A DNA stretch of 64,000 nt from Gemmatimonadetes bacterium 13_1_20CM_4_69_16 (GCA_001919865.1 MNIR01000083.1:6216-70215); one strand, 5' to 3'. Positions 1 through 9,735 are shown, counted from the stretch's first letter. Numbers and translations: made by a program. Notes: generated by a model from the letters alone, not told the origin.

Positions 1-1566
1 CGCGATACCGATGATCAGCGTGATGGCAAAGCCCTGGACCGGACCCGTCCCCACGAGATAGAGGATGAAGGCCGTGAGCATCGTGCTGACGTTGGAATCG
101 ATGATGGCACTCATCGCGTGCTTGAAGCCCTCGTCCACGGCGGTGCGCACCAACTTACCGTGCTGCAGCTCCTCGCGAATCCGCTCGAAGATCAGCACGT
201 TCGCGTCCACCGCGATGCCGACCGAGAGCACGAGACCGGCCAAACCGGGCAGGGTCAGCGTGAAGCCGAAGCCCGCCAGCCAGGCCAGCGTGAACAGCAC
301 GTACAGCGTGAGCGCCGCCACGGCGAGCACGCCCGACATCCGGTAGTAGATCACCATGATCAGCACGACGAGCGCCACGCCTACGATCCCCGCGTGGATG
401 CCGTCCTTGATCGAGTCCTGACCGAGCGACGGGCCGATGCTCCGCTCCTCGACGATGGTGAGCGGCGCGGGGAGAGCGCCGGCGCGCAACACCAGCGCCA
501 GGTCCTGGGCATCCTGCAACGGCTTCGAGCCGAGCTCGATCAGGCCGTGCTGGCCGATCTGGCCCTTGATGATCGGCGGCTGGCCCTGCACGCGGTCGTC
601 GAGGATGATGGCCATGTAGTGGTTCACATGGCGGCCGGTTTCGCGCTCGAAGACGCGCCCGCCGCGGCGCGACAGCGTGAAGTCCACCACCGACTGATTG
701 GTCATCTGATCGCGCCGGGCCGTCGCCTTCTCGAGCTCCTCGCCCGTGATGATGGGCCGGTCCTCGACGGCGTACAAGGCGCGGTACGCTCGTGCGCCCC
801 GCGACGCGACTTCGGTACCCCATTTGAGCTCGAGCCCCCGCGGGATGAGGCGCCGAACCTCGGGGCGGGCCAGCAGGCTTTCCGCCGCCGGTGCCTGCTC
901 CTCGGGCACGAGATACTCGCCCGGGAGCGAGCCCTGGAACAAGAGCGAGGACAGCGGCCCCGGCACGTTCAGACCGGTCGTGTCCTTTTGGGCCTTGCCT
1001 TTGGCGGCCTTGCCCTTCTTGCCCTTGCTGGTATCCGAGCCGAACAGCTGGGCGACGTTCGCCGCCCCGCCGCCCGCTTGCCCGGGGGCCTGCACCCCAG
1101 CCGCGCGCAACGCCTGGTCGATCTCGCCGAGCGCGTCGCGGAACCGGTTCTGCATGTCGGTGATGCGGAACTCGAGGAACGCGGTGCGCTGAATGATGCT
1201 CTTGGCGCGCGCCGGATCCTTTTCGCCCGCCAGCTCCACGACCAGGCGGCACCGTCCCACGATCTGCACCACCGGCTCGGTGGTGCCGAACTGGTCGATG
1301 CGGCTCCGCACCACCCGCTCCGCCCGCTGGATCGCATCGGCGCAGTCGGGGACGGGCCCCTTGCTCTGGTCCACTTCCAGCGCGAGGTGGATACCGCCCT
1401 GGAGGTCGAGCCCGAGGTTGATGGGAACGCGGCGCACGGTCGTGTCCTTCATGCGGCCGCTCGTGGCGTCACGCACCCGTTGGGTGACGTTCTTCGGGAG
1501 GAGGAGCCAGGCGGAGAGGAGCGCCAGCCCTGCGATGACGATCAGTCGGTTGCGAATCGTGCGCAT
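1..1566 (-). CDS. secD: protein translocase subunit SecD (3' end runs off window edge)
   Basis: Minus-strand frame open to position 1, so it is absent from the ORF track. ATG at 1566. Translation MRTIRNRLIVIAGLALLSAWLL...INLGLDLQGGIHLALEVD...IDQFGTTEPVVQ, and at the edge ...DSNVSTMLTAFILYLVGTGPVQGFAITLIIGI, matches SecD head and C-terminal TM motifs. Confidence 0.8.
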   Translation of the reverse strand, partial: MRTIRNRLIVIAGLALLSAWLLLPKNVTQRVRDATSGRMKDTTVRRVPINLGLDLQGGIHLALEVDQSKGPVPDCADAIQRAERVVRSRIDQFGTTEPVVQIVGRCRLVVELAGEKDPARAKSIIQRTAFLEFRITDMQNRFRDALGEIDQALRAAGVQAPGQAGGGAANVAQLFGSDTSKGKKGKAAKGKAQKDTTGLNVPGPLSSLLFQGSLPGEYLVPEEQAPAAESLLARPEVRRLIPRGLELKWGTEVASRGARAYRALYAVEDRPIITGEELEKATARRDQMTNQSVVDFTLSRRGGRVFERETGRHVNHYMAIILDDRVQGQPPIIKGQIGQHGLIELGSKPLQDAQDLALVLRAGALPAPLTIVEERSIGPSLGQDSIKDGIHAGIVGVALVVLIMVIYYRMSGVLAVAALTLYVLFTLAWLAGFGFTLTLPGLAGLVLSVGIAVDANVLIFERIREELQHGKLVRTAVDEGFKHAMSAIIDSNVSTMLTAFILYLVGTGPVQGFAITLIIGIA

Positions 1567-1574
1567 GCGACTCT

Positions 1575-2465
1575 CTATGGCGTGAGGACCTGGCGCGCCG
1601 CCACGGCGTCGCGCCCGATCTGGGCGACGAGTGCCTCGCGGGACGGGAACGTCTGTACGTCCCGCAGCCGGCGCACCCACTCGACGGTCACCGTTTCGCC
1701 GTATAGCTCGCCGGCGAAATCGAACAGATGGATCTCCAGGGCGCGTGCCGTGATGCCGAACGTAGGCCGCGGCCCCTGGTTCATCATGCCCCCATAGCTG
1801 GCGCCGCGCCAGTTCACCCGCACCGCGTATACCCCGTCCGGCGGCAATAGCTTGCGGGGATCGGGGGGCGCGAGGTTGAGGGTCGGGACCCCGATCGTCC
1901 GCCCCCGCCCCGCCCCGCGCTCCACTACCCCTGTCGCGCCGTAGCGCCGCCCGAGCCAGCGCTCGGCCGCGGCGAGGTCGCCGTGGGCGACAGCGGTGCG
2001 GATCAACGACGAGGAGATGGGCTGCCCGTCGTCCCGCACCGCTTCCACCACGTCCACGCTGAAGCCGTCCTCGCGGGCTAGTTGCCGCAGCAGCGCCACG
2101 TCGCCCGTGCGCCCCCGCCCGAACCCGTGGTCATACCCCAGGACGAGCTCCCGCATGCCGAATTGCGCGCGCAGCACGCGGCGCACGAACTCTTCCGGGG
2201 CGAGCCGCGCCAGCTCCGGGGTGAAGGGCAACAGCTCGATCCGATCGAGTCCGAGCGCCTCGAGCAGCTCGCGCCGCTCCGCGGGGAGCGTGAGCAGCCG
2301 CGGCGCCGCCGGCGGGTTCACGACCTCGAGCGGGTGGGGGTCGAACGTGACGATCAAGCTGGCGAGCCCCTGGGCGCGCGCCCGCCGCACGATCTCGGCG
2401 AGCACCGCCCGGTGCCCGCGGTGCACCCCGTCGAACGCGCCGACGGTGGCTACCGTGCCGCTCAT
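1575..2465 (-). CDS. ribF: bifunctional riboflavin kinase / FMN adenylyltransferase
   Basis: C-terminal 296 codons of track ORF 1575..2798. Starts MSGTVATVGAFDGVHRGHRAVL (the GxFDGxHxGH motif). The ATG at 2465 forms an ATGA overlap with the truB stop. The upstream part of the ORF is Arg/Gly-rich junk. Confidence 0.85.
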   Translation of the reverse strand: MSGTVATVGAFDGVHRGHRAVLAEIVRRARAQGLASLIVTFDPHPLEVVNPPAAPRLLTLPAERRELLEALGLDRIELLPFTPELARLAPEEFVRRVLRAQFGMRELVLGYDHGFGRGRTGDVALLRQLAREDGFSVDVVEAVRDDGQPISSSLIRTAVAHGDLAAAERWLGRRYGATGVVERGAGRGRTIGVPTLNLAPPDPRKLLPPDGVYAVRVNWRGASYGGMMNQGPRPTFGITARALEIHLFDFAGELYGETVTVEWVRRLRDVQTFPSREALVAQIGRDAVAARQVLTP

Positions 2466-3391
2466 TCGTCCACCACCACGACCCGCGGCTTCAAAACCTC
2501 GCCCTCCCACTCCGCCACCGCCACCAGCTGACCGTCCGCGAACAGGGCGACGGGGCTCGTGGCGCTCGGGATGCCTGCCCCCAATCCCGAGCCCCGAAGC
2601 CCGAGCCTCGCGGACACCGGCCGCCCGTGGATCACGGCGGCTCGGCCCGCTTGGTCGAGCTCCCGCCGCGGCAGCTCGGCCACCAGGACCGCCGGATCGC
2701 GCAGATCGGCCGGCGTCACCGCCTCGGGTGCCACGGCGTCGTCGAGTCGAAACGGCCCGACGCGCGTCCGCACCAACGTCGCGAGGTGCGCGCCGCACCC
2801 GAGCTCCTCGCCCAAGTCCCGCGCCAGGCCGCGCAGGTACGTCCCGGCGCTCACCGTGGCACGGAACCCGAGGTCGGGGGGCGCGAAGCTCGTGAGCGCG
2901 AACTCGCCGACCTCGACCCGCCGCGCCGGCAGCGTCACCGCCTCGCCCCGGCGCGCCCGGCGGTACGCCCGCTCGCCCTCCACCTTCACTGCCGAGTAGG
3001 CGGGCGGCCGCTGCTCGTAGGCACCGCGAAACCGCGACACCGCGGCCTCGACCCGCACCCGATCGAGCGATCGCCAGCCGTCCGAGGCGGCGAGCGTCGC
3101 CCCCGTGGCGTCGTCGGTGGACGTGGTCTCACCCAGGCGGATGACACCCTCGTACGCTTTGGCCCAGCCGGCGACGTAGGGCGCGAGCCGGGTGGCGCGT
3201 CCCACGATGACAACCAGCAGCCCCGAGGCAAACGGGTCGAGCGTTCCCAAGTGCCCCACCCGCCGGGTGGCGAGCGCGCGGCGCACCTGATCCACGATGT
3301 CGTGGGAGGTGGGGCCCCGCATCCCGTCCTTCCCCCCCGCCCCCGCCCCCCCCGGCCCTCCCCGCCCCCCCGGCTTCGCGACGAGTACCAC
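2462..3391 (-). CDS. truB: tRNA pseudouridine(55) synthase TruB
   Basis: Track ORF with motifs TSHDIV and HLGTLDPFASGLLVV (catalytic Asp). GTG start. Carries a Gly-rich insert in the N-terminal KPxGxTS motif. Confidence 0.85.
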   Translation of the reverse strand: MVLVAKPGGRGGPGGAGAGGKDGMRGPTSHDIVDQVRRALATRRVGHLGTLDPFASGLLVVIVGRATRLAPYVAGWAKAYEGVIRLGETTSTDDATGATLAASDGWRSLDRVRVEAAVSRFRGAYEQRPPAYSAVKVEGERAYRRARRGEAVTLPARRVEVGEFALTSFAPPDLGFRATVSAGTYLRGLARDLGEELGCGAHLATLVRTRVGPFRLDDAVAPEAVTPADLRDPAVLVAELPRRELDQAGRAAVIHGRPVSARLGLRGSGLGAGIPSATSPVALFADGQLVAVAEWEGEVLKPRVVVVDE

Positions 3392-3399
3392 GCCGGAGA

Positions 3400-3771
3400 T
3401 CAGCCGGCGCCGTCCTTGAGCTGCTTGAGCGCCGCGTCGATGCGTTGCGCGTGCTCGAGGCCGCGGTCGAGCTCGAACTGCAGCTCGGGGCTGGTGCGCA
3501 GCCGCAGCTCGCGGGACAGCTGGGCGCGCAGAAACCGCGCTGCACTGCCCAGACCCGCGAGCGTCTTGGCCTTCTCCTCCTCGGTCCCCATGACGCTCAC
3601 TCGCACGCGGGCGTGCGCCAAGTCGCCCGACACCTCGACGGCCGTGACCGTGACGAACCCGACGCGCGGATCCCGCACGCCGCCGGTGAGGAATTCCGCC
3701 ACCGTGCGTCGGATCAACTCGGCGACACGCTCGGGGCGATAGCGAGGGGGGGGACCGGGTCGTCGCATCAT
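3400..3771 (-). CDS. rbfA: ribosome-binding factor A
   Basis: Track ORF. RVAELIRRTVAEFL...DPRVGFVTVTAVEVSGDLAHARVRVSV is the RbfA signature, and the position between infB and truB is canonical. Confidence 0.85.
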   Translation of the reverse strand: MMRRPGPPPRYRPERVAELIRRTVAEFLTGGVRDPRVGFVTVTAVEVSGDLAHARVRVSVMGTEEEKAKTLAGLGSAARFLRAQLSRELRLRTSPELQFELDRGLEHAQRIDAALKQLKDGAG

Positions 3772-3772
3772 C

Positions 3773-4054
3773 TCACAAGTAGCTGGTGCTGGTGTCCACG
3801 ATGCGCGCGCCCGCCGCGCCTGCCACCAGGCGGTCGGCCTCCCGCAGCACGCTCTCGGCGTGACCCCGCTCGTTCGACACCACGCACACCGTCAGCTCGG
3901 CGCGCTGCCACAGGTCGTGGTGGGCCGTCTCCGCGGCCGACACGTTGAAGCGGTTGTGGAGCCGGTCCTTGAGGCTCTTCAAGACGTGGCGCTTGTCCTT
4001 GAGCGAGCGACTTCCCTCGAGATGCAGCTCCCAGGTCATCACCCCCACGACCAC
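3773..4054 (-). CDS. DUF503 family protein (YlxP-like)
   Basis: 93-aa track ORF directly after infB. The pattern WELHLEGSRSLKDKRHVLKSLKDRL is typical of DUF503 in infB operons. Confidence 0.7.
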   Translation of the reverse strand: MVVGVMTWELHLEGSRSLKDKRHVLKSLKDRLHNRFNVSAAETAHHDLWQRAELTVCVVSNERGHAESVLREADRLVAGAAGARIVDTSTSYL

Positions 4055-4057
4055 GGC

Positions 4058-6709
4058 TCACCCGCCCCGGGCCGCGCTTCCTACGTCCAGCGAGCGCGCG
4101 ACTTCCTCGATCTTGTACGCCTCGATCAGGTCGCCGACCTTGACGTCGTTGAAGTTCTCGATCCCGATGCCGCACTCGAAGCCCTCCCGGACCTCGCGCA
4201 CGTCGTCCTTGAAGCGCTTGAGGGACGCGATGGTGCCCTCGTACACCTCCACGCCGTCCCGGATCACGCGCACCCGCGCGGTGCGGGGGATGACGCCGGA
4301 GCGGACGAAGCACCCGGCGATCGTGCCTACTTTCGCGATCTTGAACGTCTGCCGCACTTCCGCCTCGCCCACCACGACTTCCTTCTTCTCGGGAGCGAGC
4401 AGGCCCTCCATGGCGGCCTTCACCTCTTCCACCGCCTCGTAGATGATGCGGTAGGTGCGGATCTCCACGCGCTCGCGCTCCGCGGAGGCCCTCGCATTCG
4501 AGTCGGGGCGCACGTGGAAGCCGACGATGATGGCCCCCGAGGCCTTGGCGAGGAGCACGTCCGAGTCGGTGATGGCGCCGACGCCGCGGTGCACGACCTC
4601 CACCTTCACCTCCGGCGTGGAAAGCTGCGCCAGCGCGTCGGCGAGCGCTTCCGCGGGGCCGCCCTGGTCGGCCTTGATGATGATGCGGAGCGCCGCGGCG
4701 CCTCCGGCCGCGCGCTCGGACATGAAGTCCTCGAGCGTTTTCACGCGGCCGGTGCGGCGGTGCTGCGCCTCGCGCTCGAGGCGCTGGCGCTTCTGGGCGA
4801 TCTCGCGGGCCGCTCCCGCGTCCGCCATCACGCTGAAGGTGTCGCCCGCCTCCGGCACGCCCTCGAAGCCGAGGATCTGCACCGGGGTCGAGGGGCCGGC
4901 CTCGGCGACGGTCTCACCGCGCTCGTTGTACATCGCGCGCACCCGCCCCGAGAACTGACCGCAGATGAAGTCGGCGCCCACCCGCAGGGTGCCGTTCTGG
5001 ACGAGGATCGTCGCGACCGGTCCCTTCCCCGGGTCGAGCGTGGCCTCGAGCACGGTGCCGTGCGCCCGGCGGTCCGGATTGGCCTTCAGGTCGAGCAGCT
5101 CGGCCTGGAGCAGGATTTGATCGAGCAGCGCATCCACGTTCTGCCCCGTCTTCGCCGAGATCGGCGTGGCCAGCGTCGTGCCGCCGAACTCCTCCAGCAC
5201 GACGCCGTGCGACAGGAGATCCTGCTTCACCTTCTGCACGTTGGCAGCCGGCAGATCGATCTTGTTGATCGCGACGACGAGCGGGACCCCCGCGTTCTTG
5301 GCGTGGGAGATCGCCTCGATGGTCTGGGGCATGATCGCATCGTCGGCGGCGACGACCAGAACGACGATGTCCGTCACCTGGGCGCCGCGGGCGCGCATCG
5401 CCGTGAACGCCTCGTGGCCCGGCGTGTCGAGGAACGTGATGGAGCGGCCGTCCTTGAGCATCACCTGGTAGGCGCCGATGTGCTGCGTGATGCCCCCGGC
5501 CTCACCGGCGACGACGTTGGTCTTGCGGACGTAGTCGAGCAGTGACGTCTTGCCGTGGTCGACGTGGCCCATGACGGTCACGACCGGCGGCCGCGGCTTG
5601 AGCGTCGCCGTCGCCTCATCGGGAGCCTGCTCGCCTTCGGCGACGACGTACTCCTCCTCGCGCACCGCCTGGAACCCGAACGCGGACGCGATCAGCTCGA
5701 TCATGTCGAAGTCGAGCCGCTGGTTGATCGTCACCATCTGCCCGAGCTCTTTGAAGGCGAAGGCGACGATCTCCTTGGCGGGGACCTTCAGGATGTTGGC
5801 GAGCTCGGAGACGGTGATGAACTCCGTCACGCGAACCAGCGTCTTCTCGCGTTCCTTCTCCTCGCGCCGCTTCTCTTCTTGGATATCCCGGAAGGTCGGC
5901 CCCTCGTCGCGCCGGTGCACGCCCTTGCGAGCGGTCGGGCCTTTGATGGAAGCGAGGGTGCGGGAGATGTTCTGCGCCACCGCCTCCTGGTCCACCAGCG
6001 ACTTCTTGCCCTTCTTGCGCTTCTTCCCCTTGTCGCGCCGGCGCTCCTCCAGCGGCCCGGCGCCGGGCGCGGCGGACGCCACCGGGCGGGGGGCCGGCGG
6101 AGCGGAGCCACCCGGCACGGCGCTCGCCACCGGCTTGGGACGCACCGGGGTCGGGATCACCTGCCGAGGAGGCGCGCCGAACGACGCGGCGGAGGGCGGT
6201 GGCGCCGCCGGCGCCGCGGTCGCGGTGGGTGGCGCCGCGAACGACGGCTCAGCGCGCGACTCCTCCGCCGCAGGCAGGTCCTTGAACAGCGCCGCCGCGC
6301 GCTCCTCGAGCGAGGGCTTCTCCTCGTCGTCGACCGCCTTGGCCGCTTCGAGCGCTTCGCGCGCCTTGAGCTCGCGCTCCGCCTCGATCGCCGCCTCGGC
6401 CTGCGCCTCCGCCTCGGCCACCGCCACTTCGGCGGCGGTGCGGCGGCGCCGCTTGGGCCGCGCCTCCGGCGGCGCGGCGACCGGCTCGGCGGCGGCCTTC
6501 ACCGCCCGACGCCGCTTGGTAGGTGCGGGCGCTTCCTTCAGCTTGCGCTTCTCGCGCTCCCAGCGCGCGCGCATCAGGGCCACCTGCTCCGGCTTGAGCG
6601 GCGACAGGTGACTGCGCACAAAGATGTCCAGCTCCTTGAGCATGCCCAGCAACTGCTCCGAGGAGATGCCGAACTCCGCCGCCAAATCGTGAATCCGCGT
6701 CGTCGTCAC
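4058..6709 (-). CDS. infB: translation initiation factor IF-2
   Basis: 883-aa track ORF with GTPase motifs [22 protein letters not shown] and NKID, plus a charged low-complexity N-terminal region. Confidence 0.95.
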   Translation of the reverse strand: MTTTRIHDLAAEFGISSEQLLGMLKELDIFVRSHLSPLKPEQVALMRARWEREKRKLKEAPAPTKRRRAVKAAAEPVAAPPEARPKRRRRTAAEVAVAEAEAQAEAAIEAERELKAREALEAAKAVDDEEKPSLEERAAALFKDLPAAEESRAEPSFAAPPTATAAPAAPPPSAASFGAPPRQVIPTPVRPKPVASAVPGGSAPPAPRPVASAAPGAGPLEERRRDKGKKRKKGKKSLVDQEAVAQNISRTLASIKGPTARKGVHRRDEGPTFRDIQEEKRREEKEREKTLVRVTEFITVSELANILKVPAKEIVAFAFKELGQMVTINQRLDFDMIELIASAFGFQAVREEEYVVAEGEQAPDEATATLKPRPPVVTVMGHVDHGKTSLLDYVRKTNVVAGEAGGITQHIGAYQVMLKDGRSITFLDTPGHEAFTAMRARGAQVTDIVVLVVAADDAIMPQTIEAISHAKNAGVPLVVAINKIDLPAANVQKVKQDLLSHGVVLEEFGGTTLATPISAKTGQNVDALLDQILLQAELLDLKANPDRRAHGTVLEATLDPGKGPVATILVQNGTLRVGADFICGQFSGRVRAMYNERGETVAEAGPSTPVQILGFEGVPEAGDTFSVMADAGAAREIAQKRQRLEREAQHRRTGRVKTLEDFMSERAAGGAAALRIIIKADQGGPAEALADALAQLSTPEVKVEVVHRGVGAITDSDVLLAKASGAIIVGFHVRPDSNARASAERERVEIRTYRIIYEAVEEVKAAMEGLLAPEKKEVVVGEAEVRQTFKIAKVGTIAGCFVRSGVIPRTARVRVIRDGVEVYEGTIASLKRFKDDVREVREGFECGIGIENFNDVKVGDLIEAYKIEEVARSLDVGSAARGG

Positions 6710-7009
6710 TTACCCCTCCAAAGACTCCAGCCCGCGGGCCAGTCCCGCGTCTTCCACTCCGACCGCCTGGACCGGCGGCCGGCCGAGCCCGGCGCCCAGC
6801 TGCGCGGCGTCCGGCCCCGACACGATCCGTACGCCCCGCGCCCGGGCGAGGCGCTCCACTTTCTCTCGCGTGCGCAGGCTCGCATCCGCCGCGAGCACGA
6901 TGCAACGCAATCCGTCTCGCTGCAGCCGCGCCCGCACCCCCGCGACCCCGATCACGACCCGCCCGGCCCTGAGCCCGAGCCCCAGCAGCCGCACGATCCG
7001 CTGCGTCAC
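6710..7009 (-). CDS. L7Ae/YlxQ-family RNA-binding protein
   Basis: 99-aa track ORF between nusA and infB. LGLGLRAGRVVIG...LVLAADAS pattern. ATGA overlap with the nusA stop. Confidence 0.6.
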   Translation of the reverse strand: MTQRIVRLLGLGLRAGRVVIGVAGVRARLQRDGLRCIVLAADASLRTREKVERLARARGVRIVSGPDAAQLGAGLGRPPVQAVGVEDAGLARGLESLEG

Positions 7010-8403
7010 GCCGGCTGGGCGGACGGGTCGCCGCCCGCGCCCGGCTGCGCCGCCGGACCGGCCTCGCCTTGCGCGGCCCCCTCCCCCTCCCTCTCCGCCT
7101 CGTCCTCGCCGCCTTCTTCCATCATCTCGTTGAGGAAGGCCATCAGCTTGTCGGCGAGCTCCGGCGTCATCCCCGCGATCTTGTCCACGTCCTCGCGCTC
7201 CAGATCGAGGATGTCCTGCAGCGTCTTGTGGCCCGCCTGCGCCAGTACGTCCACCAGCTCGACCGGCAGGCCCTTCAGCTCACGCAGCGAGACCTTGGTC
7301 GCGGCCTCCTCCTCGGGGGGGAGCGGCGCGAACAGCGGCCCCTCGCCGCCGCGCTCCAGCCACTCGCGACTCGAGTACAGGTCGATCTTCCAGCCGGTGA
7401 GCTCGGAGGCGAGCCGGACGTTCTGGCCGTTGCGGCCGATGGCGAGCGACAGCTGGTCCTCGTCCACGATCGCTTGGATCGTCTTCGTGTCGGGGTCCGA
7501 GAAAACGCGTGCCACACGCGCGGGGGCGAGGGACAGCTTCGCGAACCGCTCGGGGTCGGGCGACCACGGCACGATGTCGATGCGCTCGCCGCCCAGCTCG
7601 TTCACCACGGCCTGCACGCGCGAGCCCTTGAGGCCCACGCAGGCGCCCACGGGGTCGATCGAATCGTCACGGGAGGAGACCGCGATCTTGGTGCGGCTCC
7701 CCGCCTCGCGGGCCGTGGCCCGGATCTCCACGATTCCCTGCTGGATCTCGGGCACCTCGAGCTTGAACAGCGCCTTCACGAACAGGGGGTCCGCACGCGA
7801 CAGGATGAGGCGCGGCCCCTTGGGGGTTTCCTCGATCCGCTTCAACACCGCGCGGATCGTGTCGCCCTGGTGGAAGTGCTCGCGGTGGTTCTGTTCGCGG
7901 TAGGGGATGATCGCCTCCGCCTCGCGGAACTTCGCGAGCATCACGACGATCTTGCCACGCTCGATCTGCTGCACCTCGCCCGAGAGCAGCTCGCCGACCT
8001 TGTCGGTGAACTCCTCGCGGATCCGGGCCCGCTCGCCTTCGCGCACGCGCTGAATGATGCGCTGCTTCGCCGCCTGCACCGCCGTGCGCCCGAACGCCTC
8101 GAAGGGCACTTCCTCCTCCAGCACGTCGCCGACTTGGAAGTCCGGGTCCTCGAAGCGCGCTTCCTCGAGCGCCACCTGCGAGCCGGGGTCCTCCACGGTC
8201 TCGACCACGGTGCGCAGCACGACGACCCGGATCGTCCCCTTCAGCTCGTCGATGCCGATCTCGGACCGCACGTTGGGGCCGTAGCGCTTCACCAGGGCCG
8301 CGTGCAGTCCGTCCTTCAGCAGGTCGAGCAGCTCCGCGCGCTCCAGCTGCTTCGTGTTGGTCAGCTCACGAATGGCTGATACGACGTCAGTTGTGTTCGT
8401 CAT
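7006..8403 (-). CDS. nusA: transcription termination/antitermination factor NusA
   Basis: 465-aa track ORF with S1 and KH regions (IDPVGACVGLKGSRVQAVVNELGGERIDIV, LAIGRNGQNVRLASELTGWKIDL) and an acidic C-terminal tail. Confidence 0.95.
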   Translation of the reverse strand: MTNTTDVVSAIRELTNTKQLERAELLDLLKDGLHAALVKRYGPNVRSEIGIDELKGTIRVVVLRTVVETVEDPGSQVALEEARFEDPDFQVGDVLEEEVPFEAFGRTAVQAAKQRIIQRVREGERARIREEFTDKVGELLSGEVQQIERGKIVVMLAKFREAEAIIPYREQNHREHFHQGDTIRAVLKRIEETPKGPRLILSRADPLFVKALFKLEVPEIQQGIVEIRATAREAGSRTKIAVSSRDDSIDPVGACVGLKGSRVQAVVNELGGERIDIVPWSPDPERFAKLSLAPARVARVFSDPDTKTIQAIVDEDQLSLAIGRNGQNVRLASELTGWKIDLYSSREWLERGGEGPLFAPLPPEEEAATKVSLRELKGLPVELVDVLAQAGHKTLQDILDLEREDVDKIAGMTPELADKLMAFLNEMMEEGGEDEAEREGEGAAQGEAGPAAQPGAGGDPSAQPA

Positions 8404-8407
8404 CTAT

Positions 8408-8492
8408 GTCGTCTTTCGTTCGCCGTTGTCCGTCGTCCAGCATCCGCGTCGCGTCACATTCCTCGGATCACGGATGACGAACGACGGATGAC
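8408..8492. repeat. inverted arrays of degenerate tandem heptamers in the rimP-nusA spacer
   Basis: Right arm GGATCAC GGATGAC GAACGAC GGATGAC (8465-8492). The left arm GTCGTCTTTCGTTCGCCGTTGTCCGTCGTCC (8408-8438) is its imperfect reverse complement. The spacer is about 26 nt. Confidence 0.6.
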
Positions 8493-8495
8493 GTG

Positions 8496-8954
8496 CTACC
8501 AATCCACCGCCAAACGCGCATCGCGAATCCCGGCGAGCGGCACCGGCCGGGGTGGCCCGCCCTCCGGCGCGAGCACCACCGTCGCCTCGTCGGGCACGGC
8601 GACGATACGCGCGCGCACCCGGCCCAGCCCCGCGACCGTCGCCCGCACTTCCTGGCCCACGAAGCGCACCCAGTGGCGGTGCCAGCGCAGCGGTCGCTCC
8701 AGCCCCGGGCTCGAGACCTCGAGCGCGTAGCGCGACCCCAGCGGCCCGCCCGCGTCGAGCCAGGCTTCCAACGCCCGGCTCGCCATCGCGCAGTCGTCGA
8801 CCGTCACACGCCGCGGCGGCTCGCCGGGCGGCCATTGGATGCGCACTTGAACGAGCGGCCGAGCTTGCGTGCCGCCGACACGGAGGTCGGCCAGTTCGAG
8901 GCCCACCGCAGCCAGCTGGGCCCGAAACGATTCGACGAGACTGTCGGAGAGCAT
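8496..8954 (-). CDS. rimP: ribosome maturation factor RimP
   Basis: 152-aa track ORF upstream of nusA. LEVSSPGLERPL motif and C-terminal Sm-like part. Confidence 0.85.
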   Translation of the reverse strand: MLSDSLVESFRAQLAAVGLELADLRVGGTQARPLVQVRIQWPPGEPPRRVTVDDCAMASRALEAWLDAGGPLGSRYALEVSSPGLERPLRWHRHWVRFVGQEVRATVAGLGRVRARIVAVPDEATVVLAPEGGPPRPVPLAGIRDARLAVDW

Positions 8955-9667
8955 AAAAAAAAGTGCGGGCCGAACTTCGACACCTCGCTGAGGCCCAATT
9001 CCGCCGCCTGCTGAATCAGGACCCCCCGCAGATCCACGTGGCCTGGGAGGCCCTCGGTTCGGCTGACCCGGGGGCGCTGCCCTGCGGTCCCCAGACCCGC
9101 TTCCCCTGGATTAACCCGGGGCCGCCGGCCCGGGGTCAGCCGCTCCAGCACTTCAGAACCTACTTCATAGCATGAGCCACAAATACCAACACCACAATGC
9201 ATTACGACATCCGCCGCACGGACGAACCCGTGGCGTTTGACGAGCTCCACGCCGCGCTCGAGAATGCCGGCGGCGGTGCCCCGCCAGCCGGCGTGCAGCA
9301 GCGCCACGACCCGTTTCTCCGGGGCGATCAGGTAAATCGGGATGCAATCGGCCACGCTGACGGTGAGCAGCAAGCCGCGAGCGCTCGTGGCATGCCCGTC
9401 CACGCCGTCGAGGATGAGCCAGCCGTCCTGACCCTGGCGGTGCCACTGCAGCGCGGTCCCGTGGATCTGATGGCTCAGCACGACCCCCGGGAACGCGGGG
9501 TGGACGGCGGCCCGGAACGCCCGCCAGCGGGTCATCACCTGTCCCACGTTCTCCTCGCTCCACAGTCCGAGCGAGAAGCCGCGCCCCCGGGTCGAGATGC
9601 CCGCCACGACCCCGTAGCGGTCCGCCCACTCGACCAGCTCCATGCGGGGCACCGCGGCGTCGGCCAC
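8804..9667 (-). CDS. pgeF: purine nucleoside phosphorylase / polyphenol oxidase family protein (YfiH/PgeF, DUF152), atypical 3' end
   Basis: Track ORF with the DUF152 triad context SHQIHG, VSVADCIPI and LHAGWRGTAAG. The expected C-terminal CT...FFSxRR...GR block is absent, and the frame reads 151 nt into rimP. Confidence 0.65.
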   Translation of the reverse strand: MADAAVPRMELVEWADRYGVVAGISTRGRGFSLGLWSEENVGQVMTRWRAFRAAVHPAFPGVVLSHQIHGTALQWHRQGQDGWLILDGVDGHATSARGLLLTVSVADCIPIYLIAPEKRVVALLHAGWRGTAAGILERGVELVKRHGFVRAADVVMHCGVGICGSCYEVGSEVLERLTPGRRPRVNPGEAGLGTAGQRPRVSRTEGLPGHVDLRGVLIQQAAELGLSEVSKFGPHFFLCSPTVSSNRFGPSWLRWASNWPTSVSAARKLGRSFKCASNGRPASRRGV

Positions 9668-9735
9668 CGGCTGCTCTCGCAGCGCCGTGAAACGGGCCGT
9701 GGGGCGGTCGGGCGGTGGGGAGGCCAGGCCAGCCG

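Noticed and set aside
118-1797. 559-aa plus-strand ORF, and similar long ORFs at 3860..5545, 5555..7903, 7069..8379, 17471..19600, 28902..30902, 39776..41410 and 53898..55223
   Set aside because: All are antisense or out of frame relative to genes with unmistakable family motifs (secD, infB, nusA, pcrA, the HEAT gene, bshA and others). Their translations are Arg/Gly/Pro/Ala-rich with no recognisable motifs. These are the expected shadow ORFs of 70% GC DNA with few stop codons.
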